Source: an uncultured Actinomycetota bacterium (GTDB lineage Bacteria > Actinomycetota > Thermoleophilia > Gaiellales > Gaiellaceae). From it: 64,000 nt of DNA. The notes under the pieces were generated by a model. It had not been told where the DNA came from and did not search any database. It saw only the letters and a program-made list of their open reading frames with translations. Within the stretch, counting starts at the first letter, position 1. The number at the start of each line of letters is the position of its first letter. The DNA lies in the NCBI GenBank assembly GCA_963766575.1, contig CAVYAR010000001.1, forward strand, positions 581,426-645,425, written 5' to 3'. The position numbers and the translations under genes are program-made. Below are positions 17,887 to 27,176 of the stretch, in pieces.

Positions 17887-17997
17887 TCGCGAAGCCTACC
17901 GGCAGGTCCAGACTTGAGAGCCGAACCGGCCGGCGGGCGATGAGTTTCGCCGCGCGGAGCGGTCAACCGAGAAGAAAGCAACCGCAGGAGGTAGGAG

Positions 17998-18387
17998 ATG
18001 AGTCAGACGACGACCCGCATCAGCGACATCGGCCTCGTGATCGTGCCGGTTTCGGACCAGAGCCGGGCACTCGAGTTCTACGTCGAGAAGCTCGGGTTCG
18101 AGAAGCGCTCGGATATGCCGTTCGGCGAGAACGACCGGTGGCTCGAAGTGGCGCCGCCCGGCGCGCAGACGACGCTCGCGATCGTCCCTCCGCGCGAGGG
18201 CGAGCCCGCCGGGACGGCAGCCGGGATCAGCCTGACGACGGCCGATGTCGACGCCGTCCACGCCGACCTGCTCGCCGCCGGCGTCGACGCCGACCCCGAG
18301 GTGATGCGGATGGGCGACCCGGTGCCGCCGATGTTCTTCTTTCGCGATCCCGACGGCAACACGTTCTTCGTCGTCGAGCGCAGCTGA
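17998..18387 (+). CDS. VOC family protein (glyoxalase/bleomycin resistance fold)
   Basis: AGGAGG SD. 129 aa with ALEFYVEKLGFEK and FFRDPDGNTFFVVE beta-alpha-beta-beta-beta signatures. Confidence 0.85.
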   Translation: MSQTTTRISDIGLVIVPVSDQSRALEFYVEKLGFEKRSDMPFGENDRWLEVAPPGAQTTLAIVPPREGEPAGTAAGISLTTADVDAVHADLLAAGVDADPEVMRMGDPVPPMFFFRDPDGNTFFVVERS

Positions 18388-18419
18388 GGCGACCGGAGCC
18401 GGGCGGCGGCGAGCTCACG

Positions 18420-18722
18420 ATGACGCCGCCGCCGCCCGGGACGATCGCCTTCTCCATCGAGGGGCCGATCGCGCGCGAAGACCTCCCGGGTCTCTACGCG
18501 CGGGTCTGCTCGCTGCTGACCGAGCACCGGCCCGAGGTTGCCGTCTGCGATGTCCCGGGTGTCGAAGCGGACGCAGTGACGGTCGATGCGCTCTGCCGCC
18601 TCCAGCTCGCCGCTGCGCACTTCGGCTGCAGGGTCTATCTCCGGAACGCCACGCCGGAGCTGCTCGAGCTCGTCGCGTTCATGGGCCTCGCCGACGTCTT
18701 ACGGATCGAGCCGGGGCGGTAG
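18420..18722 (+). CDS. STAS domain protein (anti-sigma-factor antagonist-like)
   Basis: 100 aa. Pattern VAVCDVPGVEADAVTVDALCRLQLAA...RVYLRNATPELLELVAFMGL fits a STAS fold. Confidence 0.65.
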   Translation: MTPPPPGTIAFSIEGPIAREDLPGLYARVCSLLTEHRPEVAVCDVPGVEADAVTVDALCRLQLAAAHFGCRVYLRNATPELLELVAFMGLADVLRIEPGR

Positions 18723-19685
18723 GCCGAACAGCGGGAAGATCCGCTCCCAGTCGAGGAAGAACGTGAGCTCGCTGATCCGGCCGCCCGAGAGCTCGATCAC
18801 CTGGAGCCCTTGCGGGATGTAGCCCGGGCCGTCGGGATCCGGCTTGTACTGCCCGAACGCCGGCGACCCGTTCGCGGTGCCGACCGGGAGCACGCGGGAG
18901 CCGCGGCACCCGTTCCCGGGGCCGACCCACCAGGCGAAGATGTCGTCACGGCCCGCGAGCCACATGTCGAACGGCGGCATCGACTGGATCGCGTCCTCGC
19001 GGATCAGCGACGTCAGTGCGTCGAAGTCGTAGGCCTCGAACGCGGCGACGTACCGCTCGAGCAGCTCGCGGTCGACCTCGCCCGTGTCGATCGCGGGGAT
19101 CTCCGTCGCTTCGATCGTGGCGCGCGCCCGCTGGAGGGCGCTGTTGACCGAGGCGACCGATGTCTCGAGCAGCGCCGCCACCTCGGTCGCCTGCCAGCGG
19201 AGCACCTCGCACAGGATCAGCACCGCCCGCTGCCGGGGCGGCAGATGCTGGAGCGCGGCGACGAACGCGAGCCTGATCGTGTCGTGCTCGACGACGAGGT
19301 CAGCGGGATCGCGAATCGGTTCGAGCCACGTCACCTCGGAGGGGATGTTCAGGTTCTCGACGATCGGCTCCACGGCCGGGCCGAAGTCCATCGGCCGGGC
19401 GCGCCGCTTCCGCGCCTCGAGCATGTCCAGGCAGACATTCGTCGCGATCCGGTAGAGCCACGACCGGAGCGCCGAGCGGCCCTCGAACCGGTCGATCGCC
19501 TTCCAGGCGCGAACCATCGTGTCCTGGACGGCGTCCTCCGCATCGAACGGCGAGCCGAGCATCCGGTAGCAGTACCCGGTCAGCTCCGAGCGGTACTGCT
19601 CGAACTCCGCCGCCAGCGGCGAGGCGGTCGCGCCTGACCTTTCCATCGACGGAGATGCTACGTCTCCGGCCAGAGTCGACGTCAT
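18699..19685 (-). CDS. ECF-type RNA polymerase sigma-70 factor with C-terminal SnoaL-like extension (SigG/TIGR02960-like)
   Basis: Region 2 (ELTGYCYRMLGSPFDAEDAVQDTMVRAW), region 4 (LPPRQRAVLILCEVLRWQATEVAALLETSVASVNSALQRAR) and a ~150-aa NTF2-like tail. Start is ATG 19685 or ATG 19646. Confidence 0.85.
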   Translation of the reverse strand: MTSTLAGDVASPSMERSGATASPLAAEFEQYRSELTGYCYRMLGSPFDAEDAVQDTMVRAWKAIDRFEGRSALRSWLYRIATNVCLDMLEARKRRARPMDFGPAVEPIVENLNIPSEVTWLEPIRDPADLVVEHDTIRLAFVAALQHLPPRQRAVLILCEVLRWQATEVAALLETSVASVNSALQRARATIEATEIPAIDTGEVDRELLERYVAAFEAYDFDALTSLIREDAIQSMPPFDMWLAGRDDIFAWWVGPGNGCRGSRVLPVGTANGSPAFGQYKPDPDGPGYIPQGLQVIELSGGRISELTFFLDWERIFPLFGLPPRLDP

Positions 19686-19729
19686 GCCTCTCAGACTGCG
19701 GCCGACCCCGAGACTCATCGGCGGGCGCG

Positions 19730-20689
19730 TTACTCGTCGGTCGGGGCCCGGCCCATCAGCGCCGCCGCGAGCTCGGCGAGCGAGCGGCCCTCGAGCACCG
19801 AGCAGACGCTTTCGGTGATCGGAAGCTCGACGCCGATCTCGTGCGAGAGGTCGCGGAGAACAGGGGCGGTAGCGATGCCCTCGACCACCTGCCCGATCTC
19901 GACCACCGCCTGCTCCGGCGTCCGGCCGCGGGCGATCAGCTCGCCCGCCCGGCGGTTGCGGCCCGTCGGGTGCCAGCAGGTCGCGACGAGGTCGCCCATG
20001 CCGGCCAGCCCGAAGAACGTGTCCGCGTCGGCGCCGGCGGACTCGCCGAAGCGCGCGATCTCGGCGAGGCCGCGCGTGATCAGCGCCGCCTTCGCGTTGT
20101 CGCCCACCTCGAGCCCGTCGCAGGCACCGGCGGCGAGCGCGATCACGTTCTTCGCCGCCGCGCACAGCTCAACGCCGATCAGGTCGTCGTTGAGGTAGAT
20201 CCTGAAAACCGTCGAGTTGAGCGACTCCTGGAGCAACGTGGCGAACCCCGGGTCCTCGCTCGCGATCACCGCAGCGCCCGGAAGGCCGGCGGCGACCTCC
20301 TCGGCGAAGTTCGGGCCGGACATGACGGCGACCGGGCGCCCGTGGACGAGCGTCGAAAGACGGCTGCCCGTCCCCGGATCGAGGCCCTTCGTCAGGCTGA
20401 GGAGCGGCGCGCTTCCCGGCAGGCTCTCGACCACGGAGGCAAACGCGCGGCTCGGGAGCGCGACGACGACGAGGTCCGTCGTCTCGACGGGCGCCTCGGC
20501 GATCGACGTCGCGAACACGCCCGCAAGCTCGATGTCGCGTAGGAACCGCGGGTTGCGGCCCGTGGCGTTGATCGCGGCCGCGTCCTCGGCGTTCCGAGTC
20601 GCAAGCGTGACGTCGAAGCCGCGGTCGAGGAGAAGCCGCGAGAACCCCGTCCCCCAGGATCCGCCTCCGACGACTACGGCCCTGTTCAC
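19730..20689 (-). CDS. gpsA: NAD(P)H-dependent glycerol-3-phosphate dehydrogenase
   Basis: VVVGGGSWGT Rossmann motif, LTKGL and AAKNVIALAAG motifs. Confidence 0.93.
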   Translation of the reverse strand: MNRAVVVGGGSWGTGFSRLLLDRGFDVTLATRNAEDAAAINATGRNPRFLRDIELAGVFATSIAEAPVETTDLVVVALPSRAFASVVESLPGSAPLLSLTKGLDPGTGSRLSTLVHGRPVAVMSGPNFAEEVAAGLPGAAVIASEDPGFATLLQESLNSTVFRIYLNDDLIGVELCAAAKNVIALAAGACDGLEVGDNAKAALITRGLAEIARFGESAGADADTFFGLAGMGDLVATCWHPTGRNRRAGELIARGRTPEQAVVEIGQVVEGIATAPVLRDLSHEIGVELPITESVCSVLEGRSLAELAAALMGRAPTDE

Positions 20690-22023
20690 GACCGGCGGCG
20701 GAAGTCGATCGCGACCGGGATTCCCTCCATCGCATACCGGGCGCGCAGCTCGTTCTCGACCCAGTAGGCGTAGTCGCGGGTGACGAGGCTCGTGTCATTC
20801 ACGGTGAAGCGGAAGCGCGGCGGCCGCGTCGTCACCTGGGCGCCGTAGAGGAGGTTCAGATGCTTGCGGCCCTTCGCGGGTGCCTGGCGGGCCTCCTTGA
20901 GCTCGCCGAGGAACCGGTTGAGCTCGCCGGTGCCGATCCGCGCGGTGTGCTTGGCGTACAGCTCGGCGGTCTTGCCGAGGACCCGGGCGATCCCGCGGCC
21001 CGTCTTCGCCGAGGTGGTGACGATCGGCGGCCGCTGGCGGAGCCGCTTCAGGAGCTCGGGGCGCACGTCCTCGATCGACACGGCCGAGAGGTCCCACTTG
21101 GAGAGCACGATCAGCGTCGAGCACTGGGCTTTGCGCGCGACGTCGGCAGCCTGGAGATCACCTTCGACGATCCCCTCGCTCGCGTCGATCAGGACGAGCG
21201 CGACGTCGGCCCGCTCGGCCGCCTCGAGCGCGCGGAGCTCCGAGTAGTACTCGATTCCCTGCCGCTGCTTGCGCTTGCGCCGCAGGCCCGCCGTGTCGAC
21301 GAGCTGGAAGGTCTGGCCGTCCCGCTGGATCACGGTGTCGATCGAATCGCGCGTGGTGCCCGGCACCTCGGAGACGATCGTGCGCTCGGCGCCGATCAGC
21401 GCGTTGAAGAGCGACGACTTGCCGACGTTCGGCCGGCCGAGGATCGCAACCCGGATCGCCTCGTCGGTGACCGCGGGCCGGGACTCGCCGATGTCCTCGA
21501 GCCGCGCGACGACCTCGTCGAGCAGGTCGCCGGTGCCGTGGCCGTGCATGCCCGAGAGCGGGATCGGGTCGCCGAGGCCGAGCCGGTGCAGATCGAGGGT
21601 GAGCAGCTCCTGGCTCGGGTCGTCGATCTTGTTCGCGAGCACGAGCACCGGCTTGCCGGACAGGCGGAGGATCGCCGCGAGCTCCTCGTCACCGGCTGTG
21701 GCGCCGGCCCGCGCGTCGACGACGAAGAGGACGAGGTCGGCGTCGGCGACCGCGATCCGGGCCTGGTCGACGATCGAGCGTGCCACGGCGTCCTTGCTCG
21801 TGATGTCGACGCCGCCGGTGTCGATCAGCAGGAACCGCTTGCCCGCCCAGTCGCAGACGAGCTCCTTCCGGTCGCGGGTCGTGCCGCTCGTGTCGTGCAC
21901 GACCGCGGCGCGGGTCGAGGTGAGCCGGTTGATCAGGGTCGACTTGCCGACGTTCGGGTAGCCGACGATCGCGACCGTTCCCAACAGGTCGGGGTCGCCG
22001 TCGAAGAGGGGCGTGTCGTTCAC
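20686..22023 (-). CDS. der: ribosome biogenesis GTPase Der (EngA)
   Basis: Two tandem GTPase domains (GYPNVGKSTL / GRPNVGKSSL; DTGG / DTAGLRR; NKID / SKWD) plus a KH-like C-terminus. Confidence 0.95.
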   Translation of the reverse strand: MNDTPLFDGDPDLLGTVAIVGYPNVGKSTLINRLTSTRAAVVHDTSGTTRDRKELVCDWAGKRFLLIDTGGVDITSKDAVARSIVDQARIAVADADLVLFVVDARAGATAGDEELAAILRLSGKPVLVLANKIDDPSQELLTLDLHRLGLGDPIPLSGMHGHGTGDLLDEVVARLEDIGESRPAVTDEAIRVAILGRPNVGKSSLFNALIGAERTIVSEVPGTTRDSIDTVIQRDGQTFQLVDTAGLRRKRKQRQGIEYYSELRALEAAERADVALVLIDASEGIVEGDLQAADVARKAQCSTLIVLSKWDLSAVSIEDVRPELLKRLRQRPPIVTTSAKTGRGIARVLGKTAELYAKHTARIGTGELNRFLGELKEARQAPAKGRKHLNLLYGAQVTTRPPRFRFTVNDTSLVTRDYAYWVENELRARYAMEGIPVAIDFRRRS

Positions 22024-22676
22024 AGCGGGGGCACCTGGGCTTTCGGACGGCCGCGTGCGTGGATCTCGGCCAGCCAGTCGAAGAGGACGTTGATCCGGCG
22101 CTCGATCTCGAGGCTCGCCTCCTTGTAGCCGCGACCGCCCTTCGGGAAGCCTTCGAGCAGGAACGGCTCTCCGACCGCGACCGAGCAGGGGGCGAAATTG
22201 AAGAGCCGCCAGAACTGGGTTCCGTAGACCGCGATCGGCACGACCGGAACGCCGGCCTGGATCGCGACCATCGCCGCGCCCGGCTGCGCGTGCCCGGGCC
22301 GCTTGGTGGCCTTCTGACGCGTGCCCTCGACGAAGACGCCGATCGGCCGGCCGGCGCGGGCGAACTCGACCATCGTGCGCACCGCCTCGCGGTCGGACTC
22401 GCCGCGGCGGATGCCGATGATCCCGTGCCAGTGCAGGAACGCACCGAACCCAGGCGCCTCGCGCATCTCGATCTTCGTGACGTAGTTGATGTTCCGCGGC
22501 GACTGCGCGCCGACGACGGGGATGTCGACCCAGGCGAGATGGTTGATCGCGAGCACGCAGCCGCCCTCGGCGGGCATCCGGTCGCGGCCGTACATCCGGG
22601 GCCGGCAGAGGACGTAGGTCAGCGGCGAGAGCCAGAGCCGCGAGGTCTTCCAGGCGAAGTCGCCGTAGTCGCTCAA
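22020..22676 (-). CDS. plsC: 1-acyl-sn-glycerol-3-phosphate acyltransferase
   Basis: NHLAWVDIPV (HX4D) and FVEGTR motifs. Confidence 0.85.
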   Translation of the reverse strand: MSDYGDFAWKTSRLWLSPLTYVLCRPRMYGRDRMPAEGGCVLAINHLAWVDIPVVGAQSPRNINYVTKIEMREAPGFGAFLHWHGIIGIRRGESDREAVRTMVEFARAGRPIGVFVEGTRQKATKRPGHAQPGAAMVAIQAGVPVVPIAVYGTQFWRLFNFAPCSVAVGEPFLLEGFPKGGRGYKEASLEIERRINVLFDWLAEIHARGRPKAQVPPL

Positions 22677-23305
22677 ACTGCTGCCTGCGCGCGGACGAGG
22701 TCCTCGATCCGCGCGATCACGTCCTCGATCCCGAGCTCCGAGGTGTCGATCGTCACGGCGTCCTCGGCCGGCTGCATCCGAACATGGTCGGATTCGTCGC
22801 GAAGCTTCAGGTCGGTCGCGAGGGCGTCCACACCGATGTCCGGCCGTTCGGCCTGGCGGCGTCCGGCGCGGATCGCGGGGTCGGCGACGAGGTACACCTT
22901 CACCTCGGCCTGCGGCGCGACGACGGTTCCGATGTCGCGACCCTCGATCACCGAGCTTCCCTCGGCGCCGAGCTCGCGCTGGCGCTGGCGCATCACCTCG
23001 CGCACCTCCGGATGGCTCGCGACAGTGGGCACCATCCGGTCGACGCGCAGCTTGCGGATCGAGGCGGTGACGTCCGTGTCGTCGATGAACACCCGGCCGC
23101 CGTTGTCGATGACGACTGGGTAGGCGCGGGCGAGCGAGCCGAGCGCCGGGCCGTCGCCGAGGTCGAGGCCCTGGCGCATCGCGAGCCAGGTCAGGCTGCG
23201 GTACATCGCGCCCGTGTCGAGGTAGCGGAACCCAAGCCGTTCGGCGAGCATCCGCGCGACGGTGCTCTTGCCCGCGCCGGCGGGTCCGTCGATCGCGATG
23301 ATCAC
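22673..23305 (-). CDS. cmk: (d)CMP kinase
   Basis: GTG 23305 gives MIIAIDGPAGAGKSTVAR. The longer track ORF would overlap aroA by 80 nt. Confidence 0.9.
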   Translation of the reverse strand: MIIAIDGPAGAGKSTVARMLAERLGFRYLDTGAMYRSLTWLAMRQGLDLGDGPALGSLARAYPVVIDNGGRVFIDDTDVTASIRKLRVDRMVPTVASHPEVREVMRQRQRELGAEGSSVIEGRDIGTVVAPQAEVKVYLVADPAIRAGRRQAERPDIGVDALATDLKLRDESDHVRMQPAEDAVTIDTSELGIEDVIARIEDLVRAQAAV

Positions 23306-23334
23306 GGTGTTTTCCGGAAGGTCGGGTACATGGG

Positions 23335-24645
23335 CTATGGGCTCTCGTCGATGTCGTTCAGGACCGAGATCTCGGCCAGCAGGTCGTAAAAACCCGGGAA
23401 GCTTATCGCTGCGCATTCGGCGCCTTTGACCGTGACGCCCTCACGCGAGACGGAGCCTGCGATCGCGCCGAGCATCGCGATCCTGTGATCCCCCGCCGCG
23501 TCGATCGTGCCGCCACGCGGCCGCGAGGGCACGCCGCGGATCGTGAAGCCGTCGGGCCGCTCCCGGATATGGACGCCAATCGCGCGAAGCGCCGTCGTCA
23601 CGGTCTCGATCCGGTCCGTCTCCTTCGTCCGCAGCTCCTCCGCCCCGGTCACCTCGGTGGTGCCGTGCGCGAACGCGCCGAGGAGGGCGACGAGCGGCAA
23701 CTCGTCGACGAGCCGAGGCACCTCTGCATGCTCGACCCTGGTCGCGACGAGCGGGGTGGAGCGAACCTGGAGATCGGCCACCGCCTCGCCGCCGACGACG
23801 CGGCGGTTGAAGACGGCGACACGCGACCCCATCCGCTCGAGCACGTCGAGCAGCCCGGCGCGGAGCGGGTTCACGTTGACACCCTGGATCACGAGGTCGG
23901 ACCCGGAGAGGAGCGCCGCGGCAGTGATGAACGGTGCGGCCGAGGAGAACTCGCCCGGGATCTCGAGCTCGAACGCCTCGAGCCGCTCGACCGGCCACAC
24001 CGAGGCGGAGTGCGACGTGCGACTGATCCGGACCCCGAGCGACTCGAACATCCGCTCGGTGTGGTCGCGCGTCGGGAACTCCTCGACGACCGTCGTCGGC
24101 CCGTCCTTCGCAAAGAGACCCGCGAGCAGCACGGCCGACTTCACCTGAGCGCTCGCGACCGGGAGCTCGTAGCGGATCGGGTGGAGCTCGGAGCCGTTGA
24201 TCACGATCGGCGCGTGGCCGTCGGTCGTCTGGACGTCGCCGCCCATGAGTCGCAGCGGCGCCGCGACCCGCTCGTGGGGCCGCATCGTCAGCGACTCGTC
24301 GCCGACGAGCTCGTACCTGCCGGTCTGGCCGGCGAGGATCCCGCAGGTGAGGCGCATCACGGTGCCGGCGTTGCCGCAGTCGATCGGCTCCGACGGGGCG
24401 CGCGCGCCGCGCAGGCCGACCCCGAGGATCCGGAGCTCCTCGGGGCCGTCCTCGATCACCTCTGCGCCGATCGCGCGCGCGACGGCGATCGCCGACTCGG
24501 TGTCCTCGGCACGGCCGAACCCGGTGATCCGGCTCTCGCCGTCTGCGAGCGCGCCGAGCAGAACGGCGCGCTGGGAGATGCCCTTGACGCCGGGAACGGC
24601 GATCGCGCCGCGGAGCGCGGCGGCGGGCTCAACTTTCATCGTCAT
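23335..24645 (-). CDS. aroA: 3-phosphoshikimate 1-carboxyvinyltransferase (EPSP synthase)
   Basis: 436 aa with GVKGISQRAVLLGALA, NAGTVMRL, ELRTKETDRI and DHRIAM motifs. Confidence 0.93.
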   Translation of the reverse strand: MTMKVEPAAALRGAIAVPGVKGISQRAVLLGALADGESRITGFGRAEDTESAIAVARAIGAEVIEDGPEELRILGVGLRGARAPSEPIDCGNAGTVMRLTCGILAGQTGRYELVGDESLTMRPHERVAAPLRLMGGDVQTTDGHAPIVINGSELHPIRYELPVASAQVKSAVLLAGLFAKDGPTTVVEEFPTRDHTERMFESLGVRISRTSHSASVWPVERLEAFELEIPGEFSSAAPFITAAALLSGSDLVIQGVNVNPLRAGLLDVLERMGSRVAVFNRRVVGGEAVADLQVRSTPLVATRVEHAEVPRLVDELPLVALLGAFAHGTTEVTGAEELRTKETDRIETVTTALRAIGVHIRERPDGFTIRGVPSRPRGGTIDAAGDHRIAMLGAIAGSVSREGVTVKGAECAAISFPGFYDLLAEISVLNDIDESP

Positions 24646-25732
24646 CCACCACCGCCGAGACGACGACGCTGTAGCCCTGGCTCTCGAGCAGGGAGGCGGC
24701 GCGCGCGGCCTCCGCCTCGCCGCTGACGATCAGGGACAGCGTGCCGCCCTGCTCCGGTGAGACATGGTCTAGCTCGAAGCCGCGGATATCGATCCGTGCC
24801 GCACCGAGCGCCTGCGTGATCTCCGCGAGGACGTTCGGCCGGTCGGCGACGTGCACCTGGATGCGCTGGAGCGCGCCGGCATCCCCGTAGGCGACGTCGA
24901 GCATGCGTCTCCGATTGTGCGCGGCCTCGCCGATCCAGGCGCCGATCCGGTCGCCGTCCCGGCGTGCGAGCGCATCCTCGACCTCTTCGATGCGCCGGCG
25001 GTGCTCGGCGAGGCTCGCGCGTAGCGCGTCCGCGTTGTCGAGGAAGATCTCGCGCCAGAGCCGTGGGTTCGCGCCCGCGATCCGCGTCATGTCGCGCAGG
25101 GAGCCGGCCGCGGTCGCAAGCGGCTCGTGGCCCTCGACCTTCGTCGCGCCCGCCTGGTTCACGATCACGTTCGCGAGCACGTGCGGGAGGTGGCTCGTGA
25201 GCGCGACGAGCTCGTCGTGGGCGGAGGGCTCGATCGCGTGCGGGAAGGCACCGAGCTCGGCGACGAGCCCATGGACGAGCGCGTACCGCTCAGGGCTCGT
25301 AGCCGCCGTCGGCGTCAGGAACCAGGTCGCGCCCTCGAACAGCCCGGCGACGGCGTGCTCTGCGCCGTGGGCCTCCTTGCCGGCGAGCGGGTGTCCGCCG
25401 ACGAAGCGCGGCGAGCCTCCGGCCGCCGCAACGACGCTCGCCTTTGTCGAGCCGACATCGGTCACGGTCTGCGACTCGCCGGTCTGGGCGAGCACGACCT
25501 GGACGAGCTCGGGCAGCGCCGCGATCGGCGCCGCGACGACGACGAGCTCAGACCCGGCAAGCGCATCGGCGAGACTCGGAGCCGCCTCCACCGCGCCGAG
25601 CCCGGCGGCGGTCGCGAGCGCATCGGGGTCAGGGTCCCAGCCGGCCACCTGCGCACCGGTGGTGCGCGCGGCCATGCCGATCGAGGCACCGATCAAACCG
25701 GTGCCGACCACCGTGAGCCTCGTGACGGCCAT
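24629..25732 (-). CDS. tyrA: prephenate dehydrogenase with C-terminal ACT domain
   Basis: VVGTGLIGASIG Rossmann motif, GGHPLAG and a SHLPH box. ATG lies 3 nt after the DAHP synthase stop. Confidence 0.88.
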   Translation of the reverse strand: MAVTRLTVVGTGLIGASIGMAARTTGAQVAGWDPDPDALATAAGLGAVEAAPSLADALAGSELVVVAAPIAALPELVQVVLAQTGESQTVTDVGSTKASVVAAAGGSPRFVGGHPLAGKEAHGAEHAVAGLFEGATWFLTPTAATSPERYALVHGLVAELGAFPHAIEPSAHDELVALTSHLPHVLANVIVNQAGATKVEGHEPLATAAGSLRDMTRIAGANPRLWREIFLDNADALRASLAEHRRRIEEVEDALARRDGDRIGAWIGEAAHNRRRMLDVAYGDAGALQRIQVHVADRPNVLAEITQALGAARIDIRGFELDHVSPEQGGTLSLIVSGEAEAARAASLLESQGYSVVVSAVVDDDES

Positions 25733-25735
25733 GCG

Positions 25736-27121
25736 CTACGGGCGCCGCATCAGTGCCGCGAGGCGGAAGGCCAGGTCGAGCGACTGCCGTCCGTTCAGGC
25801 GCGGATCGCACAGAGTCTCGTAGCGCGCGTCGAGGTGCTCCTCGGCGAGTCCCTCCGAGCCCCCGAGACACTCGGTGACGTTGTCGCCCGTGTACTCGAG
25901 GTGGACGCCGCCCGGCCAGACGCCTTCGGCTCCGCAAGCGCCGAAGAAGCCCTCGATCTCGGACATGATCGCGTCGAAGTGGCGGGTCTTGCGCCCGCCG
26001 GCGGTCGTGAAGCCGTTGCCGTGCATCGGGTCACAGACCCAGACGACCGGGTGCTCGGTCTCGTCGATCGCCCGCAGGAGCGGCGGCAGCAGCTCGCCGA
26101 CGTGGTCGGCCCCGAGTCGCACGATCAGCGTGAGGCGGCCCGGCATCCGATCGGGGTTCAGCCGTTCGCACAGCTCGACGGCCTCGTCGGCGCTCGTCGA
26201 CGGCCCGAGCTTCACGCCGATCGGGTTGTGGACGCCGGAGAAGAACTCGACGTGCGCGCCGTCGATCGCACGGGTGCGGTCGCCGATCCAGAGCATGTGC
26301 GCCGAGCAGTCGTACCAGTCGCCGGTGAACGAGTCGCGGCGGGTGAGGCCCTCCTCGTAGTCGAGCAGAAGCCCTTCGTGGCTCGTCCAGACGTCGACCT
26401 GGTGGAGCTGCGGCGTCGCGGCGAGGTCGATCCCACAGGCGGCCATGAACGCGAGCGCCCGCTCGATCTCGGAGGCAAGCGCCTCGTACTGCTCGCCCTG
26501 GGGCGAGTGCGCGACGAAATCCTGGTTCCAAGCATGCACCTGCGTCAGGTCGGCGAAGCCGCCCTTCGTGAAGGCGCGGACGAGATTGAGCGTCGCCGCC
26601 GAGAGGTGGTAGCCCTCGACCATGCGGCCCGGGTCGGGGACACGAGCCTCGGCGGTCGGGGCGTCGTCGTGGATCATGTGCCCGCGGAAGACGGGGATCT
26701 CGCCGCCGGCCGTCCGCTCGGTCTCGCTCGAGCGCGGCTTCACGAACTGGCCGGCAATCCGGCCGATCTTGAGCACCGGCAGCTCGCCGCCGTAGGTCAG
26801 GACGGCGGCCATCTGGAGCAGGATCTTCAACCGCTCGCGGATCGCGACCGCCGAGTAGGCGGCGCCCGTGTCTGTGAGACGCGAGAAGTCGTGGAACGAC
26901 TCGGCGCAGTCGCCTGCCTGGAGCAGGAAGGCCCGGCCGGCGGCGACTTCGGCGAGCGCTCCGCGCACCTGGCGGGCCTCACCGGCGAAGACCAGAGGAG
27001 GCAGCGAGTGCAACCGGTGCCTGACGCGGTCCGCTGCCGCGCGCTCCGGCCATTCCGGCTGCTGAAGCGCTTCGAAGTCCCGCCACGAGGACGGGGACCA
27101 GGTCGAATCGACGACGGCCAC
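25736..27121 (-). CDS. class II 3-deoxy-7-phosphoheptulonate (DAHP) synthase
   Basis: Type II AroG-like sequence (QQPEWP, FLLQAGDCAESF, RIAGQFVKPRS, DPMHGN). Start at GTG 27121 gives 461 aa, similar to M. tuberculosis AroG. ATG 27178 is an alternative but would abut the trpS ATG. Confidence 0.9.
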   Translation of the reverse strand: MAVVDSTWSPSSWRDFEALQQPEWPERAAADRVRHRLHSLPPLVFAGEARQVRGALAEVAAGRAFLLQAGDCAESFHDFSRLTDTGAAYSAVAIRERLKILLQMAAVLTYGGELPVLKIGRIAGQFVKPRSSETERTAGGEIPVFRGHMIHDDAPTAEARVPDPGRMVEGYHLSAATLNLVRAFTKGGFADLTQVHAWNQDFVAHSPQGEQYEALASEIERALAFMAACGIDLAATPQLHQVDVWTSHEGLLLDYEEGLTRRDSFTGDWYDCSAHMLWIGDRTRAIDGAHVEFFSGVHNPIGVKLGPSTSADEAVELCERLNPDRMPGRLTLIVRLGADHVGELLPPLLRAIDETEHPVVWVCDPMHGNGFTTAGGRKTRHFDAIMSEIEGFFGACGAEGVWPGGVHLEYTGDNVTECLGGSEGLAEEHLDARYETLCDPRLNGRQSLDLAFRLAALMRRP

Positions 27122-27176
27122 ACTCCAAGTGTAGGGACGCGCCGACTCGTGGGACGACACCGCTAAGCTCGATCCC

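Noticed and set aside
17887-17997. Possible SAM riboswitch (SAM-I or SAM-IV) in the 111-nt region upstream of metK.
   Set aside because: I could not find the conserved SAM-I (GAGGGA...GCAACC...AGAGA) or SAM-IV (GGTCAnGAG...GGCAACC) cores by eye. A cmscan would settle it.
27122-27176. Possible T-box or Trp attenuator upstream of trpS.
   Set aside because: The leader is only 55 nt, too short for a T-box, and there are no tandem Trp codons or terminator/antiterminator alternatives.
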